This document shows positions 51,301 through 58,115 of a DNA stretch of 64,000 nt, piece after piece; position 1 is the stretch's first letter; every line of letters starts with the position of its first letter. The stretch spans positions 1,462-65,461 of the forward strand of contig CAKZLI010000059.1 of the NCBI GenBank assembly GCA_937125395.1, read 5' to 3'. Source of the DNA: an uncultured Glaciecola sp. (lineage in GTDB: Bacteria; Pseudomonadota; Gammaproteobacteria; Enterobacterales; Alteromonadaceae). The notes under the pieces are model-generated. The model saw only the letters and a list, made by a program, of their open reading frames with translations, was not told the DNA's origin and ran no database searches. A program made the position numbers and the translations under genes.

Positions 51301-52429
51301 GGCTACTGATAACGATATGGACGGGTTAAGCGATAATGTCGACCAAGATGATGACAACGACGGCTTAAGTGATACGGATGAAGACAGTTACTCAACAGAC
51401 CCATTTCTCGCGGATAGTGATGGTGATGGTGTCAATGACGGTGATGAAGTGCGTTATGGCTATGACTCGCTTGATAAAACTAATTTTCCAATGATGGGTA
51501 ATATTACCGGAAAGACCATTGATAACAGTAATATAAATGATGACGGTGTGGTCTATATAGTCGGGTACGAGGTCTCGGGCATTACACAAGCAGTGCAGTT
51601 ACGCAATGTTACAGTAAGCGCAGGCACTTCTTTAATGTTAGAAAAAGATACGAATGTTAATTTTTATAACAGTGTGCTCGCAGGAAATGCCAATAGTGTT
51701 GTTATTGTGCGATCAACGGGTGCTGGTAATGGGGCATTTAATTTACATAGCAGCAAAGCGAGCTTTATTAATGTCAAACTGACACAAAGTTATAGTTTTG
51801 ATAATGAGACTGTGATTGAGCGTTCCGATATGTCACTTGGTCAAGGATCTAATTATGGTACTATTCAAAACAGCTACATTACTCTTAACGGTTATTTGGG
51901 TAATAAAAGTACTGGCAAGTTAATACATAATTATTTAACAGGTTCGAGCTACGTTAATAATAATGGAAACTTAGTAGGCAGTTATGTTGATACTAATGGA
52001 GCCTTGTATAACGATGATAATGTGAGTAATAGCGTCATAGTTAATCAAATATATATGAAAACGGGCTCAAGTTTAGTCGGTAGTATAGCTAATCAGATAA
52101 GTAGTGGCGGGATTAGTAGAGTTATCAAGTCTGATGTTGGACTAAGAAGTCGTAGTCTAACTTTATTTTTTGATAACAGTTACTTAGAAATGTTGGATGA
52201 TGGTTCAACTTATGATGGTTTTGGTAGCCCTGTCGACCAATTAGGTGATGGTGTTGCAGAAACTATTTTTACTATGGGTAGTGTTGACTATACAGTTGAC
52301 GGTATTAATAACCCAAGAGGCACTAAAAACTTCCCTAATGGTGCTGCCGATCTTTGGGAACCCTCTGGTGTTGGGGCATTGTGGAATAAAGATGCGGCCG
52401 ATTTAACGGCATTCCCTGAACCGTTATAA
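42389..52429 (+). CDS. Giant (3,346-aa) predicted surface/outer-membrane lipoprotein. It is a multi-domain adhesin-like protein with beta-sandwich repeats, FN3-like domains, parallel beta-helices and Asp-rich Ca-binding blocks
   Basis: It is one uninterrupted frame. The ATG at 42389 gives MSSNKFHLVFKFIFSSFFALSLLAC|GGGSG (signal peptide plus lipobox, Cys codon at 42461). The track's upstream ATG (42326) lies in the operator-like region. Domains are recognised by motif; see findings. It is followed by a strong terminator. Confidence 0.9.
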   Translation: MSSNKFHLVFKFIFSSFFALSLLACGGGSGNNEPSQSNTPPPVAVPPAVSTPTNNGDLDTSTSADNSSETNAPNSSVVMAYRLIDTVDNCLSGGVEIKTGIDDNNNSTLEPSEVDNIDVVCNGSNGTDGLNGSDSLINVVNEPAGNICSNSGIHINVGLDINFDEQLNLDEITQSATVCFPAGDQIEQISYAAAKIKGNVSNILRASKTSNKQKLRRDELLASNATVLITPSPIAANVDRQSEDTEGLLTQPVEAVVDESGNYEVIVPAGADYSIVMTNSANGTGAKIDNISVESGETKTQDIPLSSQSATGGVTMQIAELLTGLLLDNAIVEVLEIAEQKTTLEDGVVEFTNLPAGDYHLTINRSDYVGKYIAFNVVSGLVTDLGTAELNNQKGSAVGQLFSDSIDDLSNIIVFARAADDSVYSTLTNASGTFTFNALPVGEGYRFIVVANILDSVKSEAVTVVKNETVIVDSIPVTPRKANTGSIAGYVKFAERENSLDHAGIIVSVEGTDQEAITSKDGSYIINGLTAGNYSLNFTEANHQSQNLAIDVTVGTSTIVDTIVIGSLNGNISGKVIDNNDVALANVNLVIFETGQTTLSDNNGDFIFSDQPIGSYTVLASTDGYSTEEIEISIVQGETTVLENIILTPFVFSGVVNTGEQRDDHSGVTVTLSGTGLTELTALDGSFAFNGVEPGNYQLQVAKAGFQSQALGIVISENSVELGYVINLEALVGVVTGQVSLDNRIDHSGIMVTLIGTDYSTFTDSTGKWSLKLPLRNYSQGLSYTKPYYSELINASTLTIIENGEFTVTSALLIQNNAQITFNVDAVNTCSGDLVVTALGLSGDALGFSGNLQVSSENTIEQALPLGEYQLSTTCSDSGWESNVVNVDLTNAQDSYQLDNVNLRQSFLVINDGAEYTNEQQIALAIGNTDAVEMKIVDGINDTGWLALQNDYNYTLSIGNGLKTVTVYFKDINGVELSSVSDTIQLDTFLNVAYFNQSGANTRGDILHLSLSLAQELGATVTATIPGVVEALPLLDNGFGGDQTANDGIYERDFYIDTPIDINAPVNATITDLAGNIASTVSDTNLVLNTAPTIKNLINSSNIVAGEMTITFTTDEPATATILYGDSLANLANTIVLSSNLTKSHTVQLDGLSANSLTYYQLSVADSANNKTELTGQGKLAPAPVEDLAAYPGSNEVGLIWSSNEQAAGYRIYRSNDGGNIFTLVNADALIIERFYIDTLATNATQFQYYITAVDADNNESENSDTVSVTPLVTLAGPTEIAGGLIDTNTVWLKSRSPYNISANIKVKKDIELLLLAGTEVAFANANVGITLAGSMLALGQENMTVKISAFGADDTNSNNYSNAIIYEQGNNTPSVFNHTEFNYIKAYYDYENSYDRQNYIVPLQLNDGSLNIFSNGGNSDFYIQSANNTDITLSGWGNGGNSNSAKINSANNITATSADFDAIGGMPSTNYLNGLFIRNISNSIFNRISLYMDNGAIDDSEFFDSEINSVNTINNSTLTNSKVLGYSSLNATNNTLVNTQINLSGDNTKLVLHYSVIDTLSTVAAKRLDVSHNYWDTTDLTEITNKTGYSPDQSKNTHLYPIITSSDLYLADWDGDTIPDYLDYDNDNDGYSDLQEDWESDPLYGSIYNPLDADSHPTTAKDNDMDGLSDADDLDDDNDGLIDTEESIRLTDKFLADSDGDGVNDGNEVNYAYNPLDKANFPLMGNIIGKTIDNSNVNSQGAVYLAGEEQTNDMMSYTSVTPVNLTNVTVAPGTSLMIEKDTTVYFNDSYIIGDAANVITIRSTGAGNGSLYLNNTTLSYANIKGAISTSFNRGSVIDHIDINVNQLNNSGVMSYSVIQNNNGPFYNNHLISRSYVSGNYFYNQNDGSVINSYISLIDQWRDVYNSGELSSVYVGSRVYQQTNGTISNAVISSLHSEQANTVINSDIKLTSTTVNALFDNTFIQGQNGNDAYTGYGEPADQIGDGVAETIFTLNESDYTVDGIRNPRATANYPDVIFKPYLATANIWSPEDVGAWWDMNSPNTFADKDPSTTMGTLSGQIKLVGFTNHSGVTVSVIDTSLSTTTDAEGNWSIRLPARDYTAGIRFTKAHMQTITKDRSYSVSALQDTSLGLLNMAQLTASVSGVVVIDEASDYTQATITANKNGQTTIINPSAAGDFIFKDLPLGDYRFAVTYPNGSWETVTRLLTLDMGTTEHNLPLTRVRNSFVYINEGALYTNSAEVDLAITNANATNMVITEDNIASVSQSFNTSQTITLSGGDGEKTVKIDFTDENGNALTQAISTITLDTTVSLTSLTLSNVNSLGDTLHMALTANEAGGMATVSIPGLFTDLPLYDDGTNGDMVADDGIYETDYLINSAEDINAVATATFVDRAVNTDTITSMTTMDIATSPTISDLLVQSNEGKLIISFATNEPVMATVNYGSSADNLDQSLDVSSTEALNHSIELSATAGQNLYFSIITDDGVTTVTTISSSGLLANPSLAGLSSSAGDEEIGLVWTTQAEASGYRIYRSIDSNTFGLIDTISAETPYYVDDSVYNDQAYHYRVTWLDENGVESDQSRSVTAMASMNNAGGTEINGGVIANNQIWLASRSPYIITANMLVKASATLSLMPGAEIEFNGAKRHIMVQGNIMAYGTSDAVVKISTDPLYNTSTGENGGQSAIIYDIGNNTASEFIHTELNYIEVYKNYTNVGDRRYNPVPVTFDHSVINSFYGNNSSFAISTLKNSNYNEYSYGVYYYSTARIRNTNNTVFNALDLYTKEPREINQYIARVDQAVNTTFNNGYFDFQNGSIDSSVFNQAKAYRAAEIKNSRFTDSSITGSNSLRLTDSQLVNSTVSLTGDNTRLTMHYSQLDTDSTVSAKLLDIAYNYWGSTDLDTIALQSGYSPNIEKNTHLYPIISGYDLYNADWDEDGVPDYLDYDNDNDGYSDLQEDWESDPTYGGIFNPLDNSSFPVGATDNDMDGLSDNVDQDDDNDGLSDTDEDSYSTDPFLADSDGDGVNDGDEVRYGYDSLDKTNFPMMGNITGKTIDNSNINDDGVVYIVGYEVSGITQAVQLRNVTVSAGTSLMLEKDTNVNFYNSVLAGNANSVVIVRSTGAGNGAFNLHSSKASFINVKLTQSYSFDNETVIERSDMSLGQGSNYGTIQNSYITLNGYLGNKSTGKLIHNYLTGSSYVNNNGNLVGSYVDTNGALYNDDNVSNSVIVNQIYMKTGSSLVGSIANQISSGGISRVIKSDVGLRSRSLTLFFDNSYLEMLDDGSTYDGFGSPVDQLGDGVAETIFTMGSVDYTVDGINNPRGTKNFPNGAADLWEPSGVGALWNKDAADLTAFPEPL
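44582..48547 (+). repeat. Intragenic super-module, copy 1 (~1,322 codons)
   Basis: It starts VGVVTGQVSLDNRIDHSGIMVTL and ends ...GDGVAETIFTLNESDYTVDGIRNPR...WSPEDVGAWWDMNSPNTFADKDPSTT. Its domain order is collinear with copy 2. Confidence 0.85.
48548..52426 (+). repeat. Intragenic super-module, copy 2 (~1,293 codons), ending at the protein C-terminus
   Basis: It starts MGTLSGQIKLVGFTNHSGVTVSV and ends ...GDGVAETIFTMGSVDYTVDGINNPR...WEPSGVGALWNKDAADLTAFPEPL. The order of sub-domains is the same as in copy 1. Confidence 0.85.
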
Positions 52430-52465
52430 AATGCCAATTTAAAGGCGTAGTTAAATGAAATCTGT

Positions 52466-52498
52466 AAAAGGGTTAGGGTGTTGCCTAACCCTTTTTTT
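52466..52498. terminator. Bidirectional rho-independent terminator between the giant gene and phoU
   Basis: AAAA-GGGTTAGG-gtgttg-CCTAACCC-TTTTTTT, between convergent genes. Confidence 0.85.
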
Positions 52499-52531
52499 AG
52501 TTCAAGAAAACATCTCTCATTAACTATTAGA

Positions 52532-53266
52532 CTATTGCCCCAGTTTGCTCGCTATTTCTTTAATAGATGTATGTCGCACATCTAAGCCTTTAACCAAATA
52601 AATAATATGTTCGGCAATGCTACGGCTATGGTTCCCCATTCTTTCTAGTGCACGTAATGCAGTGATGATATTCATTGCTCTTTTGATAGACCTTGGATCT
52701 TCCATCATATAAGTCACGATCACACGCATTGCACTTTTAAATTCACGGTCGACCTTTTTATCCGCTTTTGCGACTGCCAGTGCTTGTGTAACGTCAAGGC
52801 GATTAAATGCGTCTAAGACTGAGTTTAGCATCGTATGCACTAGCTCACCCATGTGCCTAACTTCTTCATAACCACCCGGTGCAGCCCCTTTTTTAGCTAA
52901 TGTGAGGGACATTTTTGCTACTTTTTCGGCTTCATCCCCAATATGTTCAAGATCACGAATGATATTTGTCGCTGACAAAATCATGCGTAAATCACCTGCT
53001 GCTGGTTGTCGACATGCCAACACTTCGACACACAGTTCATCTAAACGCACTTCACGCACATTGACATCGTCTTCAATCGCGACTACTTTTTTTGCCAACT
53101 CTTTATCAACGTTGACGATTGACTCGACTGCATCCGCAATTTGTTGTTCAACCACTTCGCCCATTGCAAGAACTTGGTTTTTGATTGTTTCTAACTCTTC
53201 GTTAAAGCTTTGTGAGATATGTTTATCTAGATTTGTGTTATCCACGGTATATTCCTTCTGTGCCAT
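52532..53266 (-). CDS. phoU: Phosphate signalling complex protein PhoU
   Basis: 244 aa with two PhoU repeats (LEHIGDEAEKVAK; LERMGNHSRSIAEHI). It is the last gene of the pst operon. Confidence 0.93.
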   Translation of the reverse strand: MAQKEYTVDNTNLDKHISQSFNEELETIKNQVLAMGEVVEQQIADAVESIVNVDKELAKKVVAIEDDVNVREVRLDELCVEVLACRQPAAGDLRMILSATNIIRDLEHIGDEAEKVAKMSLTLAKKGAAPGGYEEVRHMGELVHTMLNSVLDAFNRLDVTQALAVAKADKKVDREFKSAMRVIVTYMMEDPRSIKRAMNIITALRALERMGNHSRSIAEHIIYLVKGLDVRHTSIKEIASKLGQ

Positions 53267-53307
53267 TATAAGCTTAGGTCATTACGTTAATTAGTAGTGT
53301 GGTTAAT

Positions 53308-54135
53308 TTAACCAAAACGACCCGTTATATAGGCTTCTGTTAATTCATGCTCAGGGTTAGTAAATACCTTTTTGGTGTCATTCACTTCGATTAATTTGCC
53401 CATATGAAAATAAGCAGTGCGCTGTGATACCCGAGCTGCTTGCTGCATTGAGTGGGTCACTATAGCAATGGTGAAGTTCTGGCTTAGTTCAGCAATTAGT
53501 TCTTCAATTTTTGCAGTAGCGATAGGATCAAGTGCAGAACAGGGTTCATCCATCAAAATAACTTCTGGACCAACCGCAATCGTTCGAGCGATACATAAAC
53601 GTTGCTGTTGACCACCAGATAGACCTGTTCCAGCTGCGGTTAATCGATCTTTCACTTCATTCCACAGACCGGCTCTGACCAAGCTTGTTTCTACAATTTC
53701 ATCTAAATCCGTCTTGCTCGACGCTAACCCATGAACCTTGGGGCCATAGGCGACGTTATCATAGATAGACTTAGGAAACGGATTGGGCTTTTGAAACACA
53801 ATACCGACTCTTGCGCGCAGTGCCACTACATCTTGATTGGGATGATAAATATCATCCTCCTCGAGTCGAAAATCGCCCTCAATACGACACGAATCAATCG
53901 TGTCATTCATACGATTCATGCATCGTAAAAAAGTAGATTTACCACAACCTGAAGGCCCAATCATCGCGACGACTTCATTTTTACCAATATCTAAACTGAC
54001 ATCATGGATCGCTTGCTTATCAGCATAAAATACATTGACGTTACGCATCGACATTTTTGCATGTTCAGAAAAAGCATTTCCGACAGTAATTAAATTAGTG
54101 ATGTCTTGAGATATTTGAGGATCGTTTTCGTTCAT
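53308..54135 (-). CDS. pstB: Phosphate ABC transporter ATP-binding protein PstB
   Basis: [34 protein letters not shown], and the C-terminal YITGRFG. The start is placed at the ATG at 54133-54135, preceded by AGGAGA; the track start at 54156 is TTG and would overlap pstA. Confidence 0.95.
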   Translation of the reverse strand: MNENDPQISQDITNLITVGNAFSEHAKMSMRNVNVFYADKQAIHDVSLDIGKNEVVAMIGPSGCGKSTFLRCMNRMNDTIDSCRIEGDFRLEEDDIYHPNQDVVALRARVGIVFQKPNPFPKSIYDNVAYGPKVHGLASSKTDLDEIVETSLVRAGLWNEVKDRLTAAGTGLSGGQQQRLCIARTIAVGPEVILMDEPCSALDPIATAKIEELIAELSQNFTIAIVTHSMQQAARVSQRTAYFHMGKLIEVNDTKKVFTNPEHELTEAYITGRFG

Positions 54136-54149
54136 TATTATTCTCCTAT

Positions 54150-55466
54150 TTACCAACGTCGCTCAAGGCGATTACGTAGCAATATTGCAAAAGTATTCAT
54201 TGTTATTAAAAACGCGAGTAGCACCATAATCGCCGCCGATGTACGTTCAATAAACGCACGCTCTGGACTGTCTGACCAAAGGAAAATCTGTACTGGTAAT
54301 ACGGTTGAAGGGTCTGATATACCGCCCGGTATGTCGACAATAAATGCCACCATGCCGATCATTAACAGCGGTGCGGTTTCACCTAATGCTTGAGCAAAAC
54401 CAATAATCGCACCAGTCAACATGCCAGGCATTGAAAGTGGCAGTACATGATGTAATATTACTTGCATTTTTGAAGCACCTAAACCCAGCGCGGCATCACG
54501 GATTGACGGAGGCACAGATTTAATCGCAGCGCGACTTGAAATAATAATGGTCGGTAACGTCATTAATGACAATACCAGTCCACCAACGAGTGGTAATGAA
54601 CGATGCATTTCAAAATAACCAATAAAAATAGCTAATCCAAGCAACCCGAATATAATTGAAGGAACCGCCGCAAGATTATTAATATTGACTTCAATGAAGT
54701 CCGTTAATTTATTTTTGGGTGCGTACTCTTCAAGATAGACTGCTGCTGCCACGCCGATTGGAAATGACAATATAATCGTGACCAATAAGGTGAAAAGTGA
54801 ACCTGCCATTGCACCTAAGATGCCTGCTTGCTCCGGCTCACGTGAATCTCCTGAAGTAAAAAACGTAGTATTAAAGCGTTTTTTAATCTGTTGATTGGTA
54901 ATCCATGTTTCAATCCATGCCACTTGCTTGGGCACTAATCTACCCACAAAGGCATCGGCTTTATCATCGCCTCGGCTTTTGTAATAAGTGTCGACATCAT
55001 CATCAGCCAGTAGCCATACTCCTACCGTTTGATTAAGTAACGCCGGGTTATCTTCTAGAGATTCACGCAGGGTGAAACTAGCACCATTACTTACAAGTCC
55101 ATATAGATTACGGCGCTCTTTGCGGCTTTTGGCATCGGTAAATTGTTGGCGCAACGATGCTTTTACCAACGCGGAATAATCAGCTATCGCTATTTGCTGT
55201 GGATTATTGATATCATCAATCTCTAATGTATCGGCGTCATAAGTCACCTCAAGATACACATATGTTTGTAAAAAAGCAGAGTGGCCTTTACTCACAATGT
55301 CTGTGAATAAAATAACCAAACAGGCTAATCCAAATAAAATAGCAGCAATACCATACGCCTTAAAGCGTTTTTCAGCTCTGTAACGCTTGGCTAAATTCTT
55401 ATTCACTAAGTCCATTGTACTTGGTGTTTGTGCATTTGCTGCTGGTTGTGAAGATAAGTTTGTCAT
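54150..55466 (-). CDS. pstA: Phosphate ABC transporter permease PstA (long form)
   Basis: 438 aa, multi-TM, with the C-terminal permease core [14 protein letters not shown] typical of PstA. Its operon position supports the call. Confidence 0.88.
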   Translation of the reverse strand: MTNLSSQPAANAQTPSTMDLVNKNLAKRYRAEKRFKAYGIAAILFGLACLVILFTDIVSKGHSAFLQTYVYLEVTYDADTLEIDDINNPQQIAIADYSALVKASLRQQFTDAKSRKERRNLYGLVSNGASFTLRESLEDNPALLNQTVGVWLLADDDVDTYYKSRGDDKADAFVGRLVPKQVAWIETWITNQQIKKRFNTTFFTSGDSREPEQAGILGAMAGSLFTLLVTIILSFPIGVAAAVYLEEYAPKNKLTDFIEVNINNLAAVPSIIFGLLGLAIFIGYFEMHRSLPLVGGLVLSLMTLPTIIISSRAAIKSVPPSIRDAALGLGASKMQVILHHVLPLSMPGMLTGAIIGFAQALGETAPLLMIGMVAFIVDIPGGISDPSTVLPVQIFLWSDSPERAFIERTSAAIMVLLAFLITMNTFAILLRNRLERRW

Positions 55467-55471
55467 GTTGT

Positions 55472-56860
55472 TTACTCGTACTGTTCGCGATATTTTTTGA
55501 CTACCATTAAGGCAATACTATTGAGTGCTAAGGTGATCAGAAACAGCATCAACCCAAGCGCAAACGCCGACAATGTTTTAGGGCTATTAAACTCTTGGTC
55601 GCCAACTAACAATGTGACAATTTGTACGGTTACTGTTGTTACAGATTCCAGAGGGTTTGCGGTCAAATTGGCTGCTAAGCCAGCCGCCATTACCACGATC
55701 ATTGTTTCGCCAATGGCGCGAGAGACTGCTAATAAAATACCACCGACTATTCCTGGTAATGCCGCAGGGATAATAACTTGTTTAATGGTTTCTGAGTGAG
55801 TAGCCCCTAAGCCAAGCGAACCATCGCGCAGAGATTGAGGTACCGCATTGATCACATCATCAGACAGTGAGGAAATGAATGGAATGATCATCACTCCCAT
55901 CACTAATCCTGCTGCTAGTGCACTTTCGGATGACACACTCAATCCAAACATGCTGCCAGTGTCACGTAAATATGGTGCAACGGTTAATGCCGCAAAAAAA
56001 CCATATACGACAGTAGGGACACCTGCGAGTACCTCTAATGCAGGTTTGACGATAGTTCTTACTTTGGGCGAAGCATATTCTGACAAGTAAATAGCAGCCA
56101 TTAAACCGGCAGGGACTGCAATAATCATGGCGATCACCGAGATAAGCATTGTTCCGGCGAACAATGGCACAGCGCCAAATGCGCCAGAGCCCCCAATTTG
56201 ATCTGCTCTGATTGCCATTTGTGGACTCCATTGTAGACCAAAGACAAAATCAAAAAACGGTACACTTTGAAAGAATTTAATCGATTCAAAGATGACTGAG
56301 AATACAATCCCAGCTGTTGTGAACACTGCAATGCTGGCGCATAGCAATAATACGATTTTAAACACGTTTTCGACTTTTACACGGGCTTTTAATTGGGTAT
56401 TTACCCGCAGCCATGAAAATAATGCCAAGCCCATCGCTACACAAAGTATCACGACACTAAGGGCCATTTGGCTTATTGATTTTAATCCATTGAGTCGATC
56501 AGCTGCCTCTATAATGAAGGGTTCAGCTACTAATGTGGAGCTGTTGTTTAGCGCAATATTTGCCACGGTATTGAGCAACAGTCCTAGTTCGGACTCAGAC
56601 AATGCCTGCGAACTTGTCGGCAGTTCTTGGATAATAATTTGTATGATAATGTAATCATCAAATATGACCCATAGTGCTAGGATAAGTAAGCTTGGAATAC
56701 CGCACCACAAAGCTGAGAGGGTACCGTAATACCCTGGCAATGAATTTAAGTTACGGATGCCATGGTTTCCGCCGGCAACAGTAATAGCCCGTTTACGACC
56801 TAAAAAAAATGCCATTGCCATCATTATGATGGCAATGACTAATAACATTGATGTATTCAT
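55472..56860 (-). CDS. pstC: Phosphate ABC transporter permease PstC (long form)
   Basis: 462 aa, multi-TM, with SRAIGETMIVVMAAG typical of PstC. It is directly downstream of pstS. Confidence 0.88.
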   Translation of the reverse strand: MNTSMLLVIAIIMMAMAFFLGRKRAITVAGGNHGIRNLNSLPGYYGTLSALWCGIPSLLILALWVIFDDYIIIQIIIQELPTSSQALSESELGLLLNTVANIALNNSSTLVAEPFIIEAADRLNGLKSISQMALSVVILCVAMGLALFSWLRVNTQLKARVKVENVFKIVLLLCASIAVFTTAGIVFSVIFESIKFFQSVPFFDFVFGLQWSPQMAIRADQIGGSGAFGAVPLFAGTMLISVIAMIIAVPAGLMAAIYLSEYASPKVRTIVKPALEVLAGVPTVVYGFFAALTVAPYLRDTGSMFGLSVSSESALAAGLVMGVMIIPFISSLSDDVINAVPQSLRDGSLGLGATHSETIKQVIIPAALPGIVGGILLAVSRAIGETMIVVMAAGLAANLTANPLESVTTVTVQIVTLLVGDQEFNSPKTLSAFALGLMLFLITLALNSIALMVVKKYREQYE

Positions 56861-56912
56861 ATTGTCTCTATCATTTGCACAATCGAATTAAACAATTGCA
56901 CCCCTAGCAAAA

Positions 56913-58010
56913 CTAGAGTGCTAGTGGCTTTAACATCTTCACATCTGCTTTGACTTGCTTGCGAAGCGTTGAATTCAAAGGGATCATTCCTTTATCAGCA
57001 AGATACCCTTCTTGTCCAGACGCTTTATTGCTAATAAATTCTGCTAAAAATTCTGCAATACCAGGTACAACACCTACATGGTCTTTTTTGACATAAAAAT
57101 ATAATGGGCGTGAGACCGGGTATGAACCGTCTGCGATGAAATCAAAACTGGGTTCAAAACCATTTATTTTAGTACCTTGAATTGTGTCGGAGTTTTGATC
57201 TAAGAAACTAAATCCAAAGATGCCTAATGCATTGGGGTTTGCATTGAGTTTTTGTACAATTAAATTATCGTTTTCACCGGCCTCGATAAATGCACCGTCA
57301 TCGCGAACACTGTGACAGATTGATTTAAACTCATATTTCAGGTCATTCGCTAAGGCTTTATTACCGCTCTTACTTGCAGCTTTTGATTGTGCGTTGATGT
57401 CGGCAATCCAGTCTATTTTTTTACAGCCGCCCTCCAATGCCAGTTCAGAAAAGGCATCGCGGGTGCCTGATGTAGGAGGTGGCCCTAATACTTCGATTTT
57501 GTGATTAGGAAAGCTCGGATTGATTTGGTCCCAGGTTGTGTAGGGGTTGGTCACTAGGGTTTGAGAACCGTCAGGGTTTGGTACTTTTTTGCCCAGCGCC
57601 AAAAATAATTCTTTAAGGGTAATCGTCATTTGCTCAGCTTGATTAGAATTCCCTAATACAATACCGTCGAATCCAATTAAGACCTCAACTACACCGGTGA
57701 CCCCATTATCTTGACACAATGTTAATTCGGAGGCTTTGATGCGGCGAGACGCATTAGTAATGTCTGGAAATTGGATGCCGACACCTTGGCAAAATAGTTT
57801 CAATCCACCACCCGAGCCGGTTGATTCTACTTTTGGTGTTTTAAATTGGGTTGATTTGCCAAACCGTTCAGCAACGACGGTTGAAAATGGATAAACTGTA
57901 GATGAGCCCACTACACTGATGTAATCACGTGAAGCATGCGCCATATTTGTAAATAATATTGAGGACAATGTAACTGATACAATTGATGCCGAAATTAATA
58001 ACTTTTTCAT
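56913..58010 (-). CDS. pstS: Phosphate ABC transporter substrate-binding protein (PstS family)
   Basis: The signal peptide is MKKLLISASIVSVTLSSILFTNMAHA. VVGSSTVYPF and GSGGG are PBP motifs. It is the first gene of pstSCAB-phoU. The start is set at the ATG at 58008-58010 with GGAAG upstream; the track start is a GTG 4 codons earlier. Confidence 0.88.
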   Translation of the reverse strand: MKKLLISASIVSVTLSSILFTNMAHASRDYISVVGSSTVYPFSTVVAERFGKSTQFKTPKVESTGSGGGLKLFCQGVGIQFPDITNASRRIKASELTLCQDNGVTGVVEVLIGFDGIVLGNSNQAEQMTITLKELFLALGKKVPNPDGSQTLVTNPYTTWDQINPSFPNHKIEVLGPPPTSGTRDAFSELALEGGCKKIDWIADINAQSKAASKSGNKALANDLKYEFKSICHSVRDDGAFIEAGENDNLIVQKLNANPNALGIFGFSFLDQNSDTIQGTKINGFEPSFDFIADGSYPVSRPLYFYVKKDHVGVVPGIAEFLAEFISNKASGQEGYLADKGMIPLNSTLRKQVKADVKMLKPLAL

Positions 58011-58062
58011 ATTCGCTTCCACAGGTTAATGATTAAACTCATGGGAAGTATATGGGTTGAAT

Positions 58063-58091
58063 ATGACAATTTTGTTAAAGAAAATTGACAG
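58063..58091 (-). promoter_or_regulatory. Pho box array (PhoB binding sites) in the pstS promoter
   Basis: The minus strand reads CTGTCAA-tttt-CTTTAAC-aaaa-TTGTCAT. These are 7-nt direct repeats at 11-bp periodicity matching CTGTCAT-N4-CTGTCAT. The array ends 10 nt upstream of a TATACT -10 hexamer (58047-58052), the classical Pho promoter geometry. Confidence 0.65.
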
Positions 58092-58115
58092 TTTTTATAT
58101 ATTTTTGTATCTATT

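Noticed and set aside
42628-51589. About a dozen 60-100-aa ORFs on the minus strand or in other frames inside the giant gene
   Set aside because: They are antisense or alternate-frame ORFs within a 10-kb ORF with coherent domain structure, so they are expected by chance.
42389-52429. Giant protein as an RTX/T1SS adhesin, autotransporter or T9SS/PEP-CTERM cargo
   Set aside because: There are no GGxGxD nonapeptide arrays; the Asp-rich blocks are TSP3-type DxDxDG. There is no C-terminal beta-barrel, T1SS signal, T9SS CTD or PEP-CTERM tail. An N-terminal lipobox is present instead.
41364-52531. Classical integrative island (integrase plus att direct repeat) at tRNA-Phe
   Set aside because: I found no integrase or transposase ORF and no copy of the tRNA 3' end at the distal border. 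Only composition and location suggest foreign origin.
52902-56654. ORFs 52902-53294, 53417-53611, 53731-53928, 54106-54393, 55497-55799, 55848-56090, 55962-56231, 56134-56331 and 56292-56654
   Set aside because: They are antisense or alternate-frame to phoU, pstB, pstA and pstC, all of which carry diagnostic motifs in the annotated frame.
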